Positions 42,268-49,876 of a stretch of DNA of 64,000 nt are shown here, one piece after another (position 1 is the first letter of the stretch; each line of letters begins with the position of its first letter). Position numbers and translations under genes: made by a program. Below the pieces are notes generated by a model. It saw only the letters and a list, made by a program, of their open reading frames with translations, was not told where the DNA came from and did no database searches. Origin of the DNA: Gemmatimonadales bacterium (GTDB lineage Bacteria > Gemmatimonadota > Gemmatimonadetes > Gemmatimonadales > GWC2-71-9); the NCBI GenBank assembly GCA_035692845.1, contig DASSHL010000151.1, positions 30,034 through 94,033 of the forward strand. The letters are read 5' to 3'.

Positions 42268-42382
42268 CTTCGGGCGCGACGGCGCCCCCGAGCACGTCCT
42301 CGAAGCGCTCAGCGCCGCCGAGGTCAGTGTGGAGATTCTGAAGGAGTTGCGCCGCCGGGTGGAGTCGGAAATTCCTCGCTAG
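42134..42382 (+). CDS. hypothetical helical protein
   Basis: ATG 42134; GC3 switches to this frame here. Confidence 0.45.
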   Translation: MGLRRKLTTLEQETKAAKRIAALATHELPPQVEHCLYLIGRSLVDFGRDGAPEHVLEALSAAEVSVEILKELRRRVESEIPR

Positions 42383-42584
42383 GAAATCCGAGCGGCTCCT
42401 GCGGCGAGAGCAGAACCTTCCGCACTCCGAGCAGCCAGTCCTCGGCCAGACGCACCTTCTTGTCGAGCTGGCGGGCCTCGGCCAACGAAATGTTCTCGGC
42501 GCCCAGTTCCCGCACAGTGCTGTTGAGGATCGTCGCCTGTCGGATGATGTCGTCAACGATCGCCACAAGCGGGTTGTCGGTCAT
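42324..42584 (-). CDS. hypothetical protein
   Basis: Start at MTDNPLVAIVDDIIRQ; last gene of the long minus-strand cassette. Confidence 0.45.
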   Translation of the reverse strand: MTDNPLVAIVDDIIRQATILNSTVRELGAENISLAEARQLDKKVRLAEDWLLGVRKVLLSPQEPLGFPSEEFPTPPGGATPSESPH

Positions 42585-42724
42585 CAGACCTCGCCCTTCT
42601 TCCAGAGGTGCTTCTGCCAAGAGGCCATCGGCCAGTAACGGATCATCTTGCAGCGCTGGCACTCGTCGTCATCGGTGTAGATCACCTTCCAGCGGTGCCC
42701 GAAGATGCGGCAGATCAGGTTCAT
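42584..42724 (-). CDS. 46-aa Cys/His small protein (DUF1660-like)
   Basis: MNLICRIFGHRWKVIYTDDDECQRCKMIRYW. Confidence 0.4.
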   Translation of the reverse strand: MNLICRIFGHRWKVIYTDDDECQRCKMIRYWPMASWQKHLWKKGEV

Positions 42725-42996
42725 CGCTGCGTCTCCCCGTTGTAGGTGAACCCTTCGGGCTGGCTTACCCGCACGGCCATGTAGTTGCACCCCTTCACCC
42801 GGAGGTCAGTGATGTGACCGTCGTCCACCGGACACTCGTCGTGCTTGCCCATGGTCGTGAAGGCGTTCGGGTTCGAAGCGGTGACGCGCTCGCCGCAGGC
42901 TTCGCAGGTCCACTTCTGGTAAACCGTCTCGCCGGCCTGGACATGCACCTCTGCTTCCTTGGCAACGGTGTAGAGGTCGCCGTCGTAGTACGTCAT
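42721..42996 (-). CDS. hypothetical zinc-binding-like protein
   Basis: CEACGERV...HDECPVDDGH...GC. Confidence 0.5.
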   Translation of the reverse strand: MTYYDGDLYTVAKEAEVHVQAGETVYQKWTCEACGERVTASNPNAFTTMGKHDECPVDDGHITDLRVKGCNYMAVRVSQPEGFTYNGETQR

Positions 42997-43244
42997 ATCT
43001 CTCGTCCGGTGTAGCGGCCCTGCTCATCGAACGTTGCTCGGCTGACCGGGTGCGATCCTGATTCGTCGTTGAGAGCGGCGTTGACGGTGGCGCAGACCGG
43101 GCAGTCGTCCTCGCTGGCGGCGATGTGCAGTGCGTCCGACCTGCCCGGATGGCCGTGGGGATCGACCTTGATCCGCCAGAGGGCATCCCTCAACCGGCGC
43201 ACTTCATCGGCGTTGTATCGCTCAGCCACGACGACTCTCCCCAT
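42993..43244 (-). CDS. hypothetical protein
   Basis: Start at MGRVVVAERYNADEV (uncertain); DDCPVC. Confidence 0.4.
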   Translation of the reverse strand: MGRVVVAERYNADEVRRLRDALWRIKVDPHGHPGRSDALHIAASEDDCPVCATVNAALNDESGSHPVSRATFDEQGRYTGREI

Positions 43245-43632
43245 CGACCGGACGGAATACCGGAGCCGGCGTCGGGCCGTCCCAGATCTGCTCAAGGTCG
43301 GCGTAGTCCTTCACCATGACCGACAGCATGCGCTTGACGGCTGTCTTCTGGCCCTGGAGCTTCATCATCACCTCGCAGGGCAGCGCCGTGCCCCAAGTGG
43401 TGTCGAACTTCGTCCGGCCCAGCCCCTCGTCATCAACCTCTGAGAGGTCAGCCTCTTCCATGAGGTGCGGCCGGATGCAGAGGATGTGTTTGCCATTCCA
43501 GTCAAGCTGGCCGATGAGATCGACTGGGATCTGGTACTCGAATTTCCGGTCAACGGCGTGAGCGGCCAGTGTGACGAGCTGGGAGGTATCGACTACGGCG
43601 TTGCCGGCGATCTTGAGCTGAGGTTCATCCAT
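43222..43632 (-). CDS. hypothetical protein
   Basis: Start at MDEPQLKIAGN, preceded by the repeated GGAGAGACACAGC-ATG junction. Confidence 0.5.
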   Translation of the reverse strand: MDEPQLKIAGNAVVDTSQLVTLAAHAVDRKFEYQIPVDLIGQLDWNGKHILCIRPHLMEEADLSEVDDEGLGRTKFDTTWGTALPCEVMMKLQGQKTAVKRMLSVMVKDYADLEQIWDGPTPAPVFRPVDGESRRG

Positions 43633-43984
43633 GCTGTGTCTCTCCATCAGTGAAGAAGTAGGGGAGGCCGCGGTACGGCGGCCGGCGGATCTTCGTCTCG
43701 TCAGCGGCCAGGAGGAAGAGGCCGATTATGCGTCGCTTCCAGCGTTCCTCCGCAGCGTTCGTAGGCGGGTCGATGGCGAAGCTGCGGGCAAAGACATCCT
43801 CGAAGCGTTGGGCCTGCACGGCTTGGTGACAGTCAGGGCACAGCGCCCAGGCGCCATCGTCCTGGTAGTCCCGCTGGCCCGGCTCGCCACGCATCGAAAA
43901 GGGCACGATCTCGTACGTCCACACCATGTCGGGCGGCATTCGCACGTAGCAGATATCGCACTTGATGACCTGCCGCCTAGCCAT
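43625..43984 (-). CDS. hypothetical zinc-ribbon protein ending in TDGETQHG
   Basis: MARRQVIKCDICYV...CPDCH; preceded by the repeated junction. Confidence 0.5.
   Translation of the reverse strand: MARRQVIKCDICYVRMPPDMVWTYEIVPFSMRGEPGQRDYQDDGAWALCPDCHQAVQAQRFEDVFARSFAIDPPTNAAEERWKRRIIGLFLLAADETKIRRPPYRGLPYFFTDGETQHG
43629..43653. repeat. 25-nt gene-junction repeat, copy 1
   Basis: ccatgctgtgtctctccatcAgtga; 24/25 identical to 43981-44005. Confidence 0.8.
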
Positions 43985-44234
43985 GCTGTGTCTCTCCATC
44001 GGTGAGGATCCATTCGAGGCGGCTCTTGGCCCGAATGAGAGCTGCAGCGATGGCATCGGCCTCTGAAGCGCCGTGCGCCATTGCGCCGTCCACGAAGCCC
44101 ATGGCCGAGCCGGCAATTTCGACCAGCAGAGTGTCGGCTTGTTTGGCGGCGTCGCCCCACTTGTAGATGTCCATCACCATCTTCTGTACGGCCGGCGAAG
44201 CCTTTTCGAAGCGTCGAGCGATGTCGGTACCCAT
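43977..44234 (-). CDS. hypothetical protein ending in TDGETQHG
   Basis: Start at MGTDIARRFEKASP; TGATG coupling to the upstream gene. Confidence 0.5.
   Translation of the reverse strand: MGTDIARRFEKASPAVQKMVMDIYKWGDAAKQADTLLVEIAGSAMGFVDGAMAHGASEADAIAAALIRAKSRLEWILTDGETQHG
43981..44005. repeat. 25-nt gene-junction repeat, copy 2
   Basis: ccatgctgtgtctctccatcGgtga; on the minus strand it encodes ...TDGETQHG-stop plus RBS GGAGAG and the next ATG. Confidence 0.8.
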
Positions 44235-45442
44235 CACCGCTCCAAGCTGAAGATCTTGTCCTTGACGACGAGCGGGGCGCCCTCGGGACCCTTCTCGTAC
44301 GGCAGGAGGTACTTCGAGATCAGGTGCTGGTTGCCGCGGGGGCCAACCCAGTAGTTGTGCCAGTGGCCCCGCACCATGAAGCGGATCGTGTACCACGGCT
44401 CCTCGTCCTCGCCGCCGGCTGCCTTCTTCAGGCCCTGGTAGACCTCACGGCGCATGCGGATGATGACGATGTCACCCGTCTCGGGAACGCCGACGCGCTC
44501 GGCCCGGCGCCGCATCTGGCGGGGGGCTTTGTTGGGGTCGCGCACGACCACGTTCTCCTGGTTGAGGATCCGCCAGGTCGCCAGCATCAGCCGGCGAGTC
44601 TGGTCGACAATGCTGTGGACCCCGGTCACGGCCTCCTGGGCGCCCTCGGTCATCTTGGGGACGTGCCGGCCCGTCTCTGAGATCTCCAGCAGCTCGGACT
44701 CGACGGCCAGCCAGGGCGTGTTGTAGGACCACCCGCTGAAGTCGTAGATGGGCAGTGGGCCGTTGGCCCGGCGCACTTCGTCCTCGTCCGTCGTCGGTTC
44801 TTCGTTGCACTGCTGTGCCGTCAGGTTGAGCTGCACGGCGGTGTCGTGCGGAGTGCAGAACAGGAAGTAGCTCACACCCGGTACGGTCTGGCCGTCGCTT
44901 ACGAAGCCAGGCGCCTGTCCAGTCAGGGATCGGACGGGTGCTTCCTTCACCGTTCCCGCCTGCCAGGCGATTGCAGCGATGCGCGTCTCGACTGCCGTGC
45001 TGACCGAGCTGCCGTCGTCAAGGTCGCAGGGCAGTTCGGAGGTAAGCGCCACCGGTCGGTCGAAGACCAGGAAGCCGGTGTCGGCCGGCAGGTCGGTCGG
45101 CTTGAGGCCGGACACCGGCATGTCCTCGGCGGCCATCTTCACCAGCTCGCACATGTCAGGGCTGACGTAGAAGGTCGACGCCGTGCTGACCACCGACTTG
45201 ACCGTGCCGTGCAGAACGGCGCCGAGCTGTCGGCGTGCCTCCTCGTCCTCGATCTGCTTGTAGCCGTACACCCGCATGAAGTGCTGGTAGGACACCAGCG
45301 ATACCGAGCGGTCCATCCACTCCCGCAGGTCGGTCTGGAATTCCAGCGACGTGAGGCTGTTCTCCTTCAGCGTCTTGCGGGCATCGGCCAGGGAATCGAA
45401 GTAGGACATGGGGATGTAGCGCGAGGCGCCGAATCCGCTCAC
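44234..45442 (-). CDS. hypothetical 402-aa protein
   Basis: Globular composition, high GC3; C-terminal ...IVIIRMRREV...WYTIRFMVRGHWHNYWVGPRG...LLPYEKGP looks like a conserved module, but I cannot name it. Confidence 0.6.
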   Translation of the reverse strand: MSGFGASRYIPMSYFDSLADARKTLKENSLTSLEFQTDLREWMDRSVSLVSYQHFMRVYGYKQIEDEEARRQLGAVLHGTVKSVVSTASTFYVSPDMCELVKMAAEDMPVSGLKPTDLPADTGFLVFDRPVALTSELPCDLDDGSSVSTAVETRIAAIAWQAGTVKEAPVRSLTGQAPGFVSDGQTVPGVSYFLFCTPHDTAVQLNLTAQQCNEEPTTDEDEVRRANGPLPIYDFSGWSYNTPWLAVESELLEISETGRHVPKMTEGAQEAVTGVHSIVDQTRRLMLATWRILNQENVVVRDPNKAPRQMRRRAERVGVPETGDIVIIRMRREVYQGLKKAAGGEDEEPWYTIRFMVRGHWHNYWVGPRGNQHLISKYLLPYEKGPEGAPLVVKDKIFSLER

Positions 45443-45675
45443 GGTGTGCTCCTCGATTGCCCGTCGACCGGCTTGGCTTCCTCCATGATCTTGGCTCCCG
45501 TTTCGAGCATGAGGCGCAGGGCTTCTTCGATGGAGATCCTGCGCTGTCGCGCGATAGCCAGCACCATCCGCGTCTGCTCCTTGGACAGTGACCCGTTCAG
45601 CGTCACGGTCTTCTTCTCGCCGTCGACCTCGATCTGCAGGTCGGGCCGGTCGGCAGCCTTACGGCGCTTCGCCAT
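45439..45675 (-). CDS. small RHH-like protein
   Basis: Start at MAKRRKAADRPD; VTLNGSLSKEQTRMVLAIARQRRISIEEALRLMLETG resembles a strand-helix-helix fold. Confidence 0.45.
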   Translation of the reverse strand: MAKRRKAADRPDLQIEVDGEKKTVTLNGSLSKEQTRMVLAIARQRRISIEEALRLMLETGAKIMEEAKPVDGQSRSTP

Positions 45676-47141
45676 CACACAACCTCGCGGAACGACGCCA
45701 GCTCCGACTTGCAGGAGCGCAGCTCGCTGCCCATGCGCTCCAGGGCGTCGATGAATTCGTCCGACCAGTGGTTGCTGGCGAAGTGGTGGCTGAATTCGTG
45801 GATCAGCAGCTTGTCGACCTCCCGCTGCGTCCCGTCGTTGAAGAATCGGTGCGACAGGCGGCTCAGGTTGAAGCGCAGGTGCCGGCTGCCGAAATTCGCC
45901 AGGTGGTTCGACTCGGTGAAGGGGTACCGCTCGATCGTGACGCCGCACTCGTAGCCGAGCAGCTCGCCCGACAGCGACTTCGTGTAGGCCACCACGGCCC
46001 GCATGCCGGGCGTCCACTGGTCCTCGGGGACGGAGATGTCCTCGCCCCCGGCGTGGTACTCGGTGAAGCGCTGGAATTTGGGGATCGCCACCGCCGGCTG
46101 GACGATGTTCGCCTCGCGGAGCTGGCTGACGACGCCCTTGGGGAGGTGGCGGCCCTCGATCACGCTGTAGCCGGCCTCCACGGCCCGCAGGGTGGCCTCT
46201 CGGGCCTGGGGGGTGCTGTTGTCCCGCACGACCACGTTGTCGCCGTAGCGGGCCTTCACGAAGCTCTGGAGGGCCTCAGGCGAGGCGTTGGGCAGAGCGT
46301 CGGCCACCCAGGCGGCGTGGCTGTCCTCGGGCGCCAGGAGGTCGTGGGAGGCGTTGAGCACGATCTCCCGCAGCTCCCGCAGGTAGGTCGGTGGCACGTT
46401 GTCCCGCTCGGTGTTGAGCGGCACCCGCTGCTGCACGTCGATGTGGTACCGGCCGTCGTGCTCGACCACCGGGATGCCCAGCTCGTAGATCATCGGCAGC
46501 TCGGCGCCCTGCGGCTCGACCAGCCGGACGGTGGTCTTTCGGCGGGTCCGGCGGCGCAGGTTGCCGTCAGCGTCAGGGAGGACAGTGTTCAGGGTCGCCT
46601 CGACCTCACGCACGGCCGGCCGCGGCTCGACGGGCGCCCCGTTGACTGTCAGCTCGACGCCCTCGGGGACGAGGACGGAGCGCAGGAGGGCGATGGCTTC
46701 CCGCTGCTCCTCCTGGTTCCAGCGGATGGTGGCCTCGAACCGGGTGCCGGCGGCCGTCTTGGCTCGGGCGTTGAACTGGCGGGTGCCGTCGTTGCGGAAA
46801 ATCACCCGGCCGGTGGTCGAGGTGATGACGGCCTCCCGGCAGAGGGCCAGGACCCGCTTCTCCCCGATGTTCATCCGGCCCCGCTTGGTGGGGTCGTTGC
46901 GCTTCTTCGACTGGGCGAACATCTTGTAGGACTCGGTCAGGTCGGCGAAGCCCTCGGGGCTGTCGTCCTCGACCACCAGCTTGGCGGTGCCGCGCTCGCC
47001 GGCCGTGATGAGGATGGCGACCTTGGTCACGTTCTCGTCCACGGCGTTCTGCCACAGCTCCAGGCCCAGGCGGGCCGGCTCTTCGATCTGTGACGCGAGG
47101 CCAGCGAGGTCGACCTCGATCCACTCGTTCTTCGGGGCCAC
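45675..47141 (-). CDS. GHKL-superfamily ATPase with C-terminal HExxH (metallopeptidase-like) module
   Basis: LELWQNAVDE (N box), VVEDDSPEGF (G1 box), KRGRMNIGEK (G2-like); C-term LLIHEFSHHFASNHW. Confidence 0.65.
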   Translation of the reverse strand: MAPKNEWIEVDLAGLASQIEEPARLGLELWQNAVDENVTKVAILITAGERGTAKLVVEDDSPEGFADLTESYKMFAQSKKRNDPTKRGRMNIGEKRVLALCREAVITSTTGRVIFRNDGTRQFNARAKTAAGTRFEATIRWNQEEQREAIALLRSVLVPEGVELTVNGAPVEPRPAVREVEATLNTVLPDADGNLRRRTRRKTTVRLVEPQGAELPMIYELGIPVVEHDGRYHIDVQQRVPLNTERDNVPPTYLRELREIVLNASHDLLAPEDSHAAWVADALPNASPEALQSFVKARYGDNVVVRDNSTPQAREATLRAVEAGYSVIEGRHLPKGVVSQLREANIVQPAVAIPKFQRFTEYHAGGEDISVPEDQWTPGMRAVVAYTKSLSGELLGYECGVTIERYPFTESNHLANFGSRHLRFNLSRLSHRFFNDGTQREVDKLLIHEFSHHFASNHWSDEFIDALERMGSELRSCKSELASFREVV

Positions 47142-47240
47142 TGACTAGTCCTTTCCGATGATCTGGGCAGAGGGCAGACGCCCTCCGACGCCGCCGACAT
47201 TACGCCCCGCCCTGGGTAATGTCAATATCTAACCGTCAAG

Positions 47241-47252
47241 GTATTGCAATAC
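47241..47252. promoter_or_regulatory. 12-bp perfect palindrome GTATTGCAATAC in divergent intergenic region
   Basis: Lies in the AT-richer spacer between 47141(-) and 47279(+); candidate operator. Confidence 0.3.
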
Positions 47253-47278
47253 TGGCGTCGGACCGTTATCTTGGGACC

Positions 47279-48235
47279 ATGACCTCTGCGAACGACCTCC
47301 CCCGAGACGAGCAGTACGCCCTCGTCTACGCCGGCATCTGCGCCGTGGCCGCCCACTGTGACGGCGCCATCACTGAGGACGGCGTCGGCTTCAACGGCCA
47401 GGACACCGCCTTCGGCCGCCGCATCGCCTCAGTGCCCTTCGAGCACTGGACCGACGACGTGAAGGTCGAGGCGGCTCGGATCGCCAACACCTACCAGGGC
47501 CAGATCCTCGCCTACACCGGCATCGAGATCCAGAAGCTCCCCGTCGTGCGGGAGGCCATGGGCAAGGACACCAACCGCCAGGCCCGCGACGACGCCCGCG
47601 ACTTCGAGCGCCGCAAGGAGCACATCACGGTCAACGGCGGGAACCTCGAATTCCGCTTCGCCTACAACCCGTCCCTGTCGGACGAGCTGAAGCGCCACAC
47701 CATGGGTGCCCGCTGGAACGGCGCCCCCGAGAAGTGCTGGACGGTGCCGGTCGCCAAGCAGCTCCCCGGCTTCGTGGCCTGGGTCACCGACCCCGCCCTG
47801 AAGTTCCGCTTCGGCGCCGAGGTCCAGGCGGTGCTCGACCGCATCGCCACCCAGACGCCCGAGCAGGTGCGGGCAGTGGCCGAGAAGCCCCACGGCTACG
47901 TGCTCAGCGGCGAGCTGGTGCTCAGCTTCCCCTACAACCCGACCCAGAAGGACGCCGTCAAGGCGGCTGGCGCCCGCTGGGAGGGCAGCGACAAGACGTG
48001 GCGGGTGCGACTGAACGACCCCAGGGCCGCCGCCGTCGTGGCCGCCGCTCGCCAGGTCGGCCTGAAGGTCACCACCGAGGTCGACGTGGCCCTGGGCGGG
48101 GCCGCCAAGGCCGAAGCGGTCAAGCTCGACCGGGCGGGCGCCCTGGTGGCCGCCAGCCGGGTCAGCCGGCCGTCGGAGCTGTCCCCCGAGTTCCTGGCCC
48201 TGGTCAACCAGGCCATCTCCAAGAAAGCGAGCTAG
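47279..48235 (+). CDS. hypothetical protein with two internal repeats (F.(F/Y)NP...GARW.G..K.W.V)
   Basis: Start ATG 47279 (uncertain); LEFRFAYNPSLSDELKRHTMGARWNGAPEKCWTVPV and LSFPYNPTQKDAVKAAGARWEGSDKTWRVRL. Confidence 0.55.
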   Translation: MTSANDLPRDEQYALVYAGICAVAAHCDGAITEDGVGFNGQDTAFGRRIASVPFEHWTDDVKVEAARIANTYQGQILAYTGIEIQKLPVVREAMGKDTNRQARDDARDFERRKEHITVNGGNLEFRFAYNPSLSDELKRHTMGARWNGAPEKCWTVPVAKQLPGFVAWVTDPALKFRFGAEVQAVLDRIATQTPEQVRAVAEKPHGYVLSGELVLSFPYNPTQKDAVKAAGARWEGSDKTWRVRLNDPRAAAVVAAARQVGLKVTTEVDVALGGAAKAEAVKLDRAGALVAASRVSRPSELSPEFLALVNQAISKKAS

Positions 48236-48237
48236 CA

Positions 48238-48432
48238 GTGGAAATCGAAGTCACCGAGCTGGTGGCCGACGGCGGCAGCGTCGTCGTCTTCGCCGGCCTC
48301 GACAGCGACGGCGCCAGGGTCACCTTCGCCGTCGACCACCGGCCGGCCCAGGAGCTGGTCAACGCCATGCTCAACGACGAAGAGGTCATCGCTTTCGTGG
48401 AGCCGTGGCAGATCATGGGGGGAGTGCTGTGA
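48238..48432 (+). CDS. hypothetical protein
   Basis: GTG 48238. Confidence 0.45.
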   Translation: MEIEVTELVADGGSVVVFAGLDSDGARVTFAVDHRPAQELVNAMLNDEEVIAFVEPWQIMGGVL

Positions 48433-48626
48433 CCGTCGACATCGAGCAGTTCCGGCGCCGGGTGACCAAGCTCACGACTGGTCGGCAGGTCGCTGACTAC
48501 CGCTACGAGCTGGACTGCGGGCACGTCCAGGAGGGCGATACCGGCATGACCCACGCTCAGGCCCAGCGGCGTAAGACGCTCATTTGCCAGCAGTGCCGAC
48601 AGGCGGCCTGGGAGGCGTCCCGATGA
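48429..48626 (+). CDS. hypothetical protein
   Basis: GTGA coupling. Confidence 0.45.
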   Translation: MTVDIEQFRRRVTKLTTGRQVADYRYELDCGHVQEGDTGMTHAQAQRRKTLICQQCRQAAWEASR

Positions 48627-48904
48627 CCGGCCAGGAGCTTCTAGAAGCCCTCCAGCCGGCCATTGATCGCAACGAGAACGTCCGGGTCCGGGTCAACCAG
48701 TGGCTGGCCCGCGGCGACGGCGTAGCCGTCTACGAGAACGTGGAGCTGGGCCACCCGGACGCCGGCCACCGGCAGTACGTGAGCTACGGCAGCCCCGAGG
48801 CCCAGATCCCTGACGCCTTCCCTCCCAGCCGGATGCCCGACATCGGCGGCTCGATCAACTGGCGCTACGCCCTGGTGGGCGCCTACCGCGGCGAGGCCCT
48901 GTGA
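48623..48904 (+). CDS. hypothetical protein
   Basis: ATGA coupling. Confidence 0.45.
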   Translation: MTGQELLEALQPAIDRNENVRVRVNQWLARGDGVAVYENVELGHPDAGHRQYVSYGSPEAQIPDAFPPSRMPDIGGSINWRYALVGAYRGEAL

Positions 48905-49095
48905 TGGCGATGTCCAAGAAGGACTTCGAGCTGGTGGCCGACGTGATGCGCGAGGGCCACTGCCAGGACGGCAGCGGCGAGGACGCCTACGTACAGACGG
49001 CGCTGATGCTGATTCACGCATTGGCCGGCGCCTTCGAGGCGAGATACCCGAACTTCGACAAGGAGAAGTTCCTGACAGTGGCGGGAGCCAAATGA
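48901..49095 (+). CDS. hypothetical protein
   Basis: GTGATG coupling. Confidence 0.45.
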   Translation: MMAMSKKDFELVADVMREGHCQDGSGEDAYVQTALMLIHALAGAFEARYPNFDKEKFLTVAGAK

Positions 49096-49787
49096 TCGCC
49101 TTCCCCGAGAGCCAGCAGTGCCAGCTCGACCCGCGGTGCGAGTACGCCGCCGGCCACACCTGCGAATGCACGCCGGTCGAGATCGGTAAGTACGTCCTGA
49201 AGAAGCGAACGGACTACTACGCCTACGCCTACAAGCACCGGCTCGACACCATCGTCGCCAAGGTCAAGGCCGACTGGTTCGACGCCCTGGTGAGTGAGGG
49301 CACCTCGCCGCTGCTCCTCGTCGGCTGGGTGTCGGAGAAGGTCAATTCCCGCAGCTACGCCCCGGCTACGGCCGGCACATGGCACCGTGACCGGGACTGC
49401 AAGAGGAACCGGGCCATGGGCCGGCTGCTACCCCGCCTGTACATGGACACCGGTCGAGGCAGTAGCAGTCTCACGCCGTGCGCCGGCTGCGGTCAGCTCG
49501 CCGACGAGCAGAAGGTCGCGGCGCAGCGTGATTACCGGCGGCTGCGGGAATTGACCAATGCCGCCACCGAGGGCCTCTGCCTCGGCCAGTACGGCGGCTG
49601 CGGCCGCGACGTTGTGCCTGGCAAGACGATGTGCGCCGAGCACGCCCAGCGCGTCAGCGCCCAGTGCTACGAGGGCGATCACGCCAGTTGCCCGGTGGTC
49701 CTTGCCACCCACACCCGCCAGCTCGACGGCGGGACCTACACCACCGACTGCCAGTGCCAGCGGTGCGTCCACAAGAAGAAGGTCTGA
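49092..49787 (+). CDS. hypothetical Cys-rich protein
   Basis: ATGA coupling; multiple Cys pairs (CAGCG, CQCQRC). Confidence 0.5.
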   Translation: MIAFPESQQCQLDPRCEYAAGHTCECTPVEIGKYVLKKRTDYYAYAYKHRLDTIVAKVKADWFDALVSEGTSPLLLVGWVSEKVNSRSYAPATAGTWHRDRDCKRNRAMGRLLPRLYMDTGRGSSSLTPCAGCGQLADEQKVAAQRDYRRLRELTNAATEGLCLGQYGGCGRDVVPGKTMCAEHAQRVSAQCYEGDHASCPVVLATHTRQLDGGTYTTDCQCQRCVHKKKV

Positions 49788-49876
49788 CCCGAAATGTCCC
49801 GCTTCGTCCTCGAGATTTTGCAAGAGGTAGCCCGTCAGGTGTTGCATCTTTCTGGGCGTGAGCGCACTATCTGATC

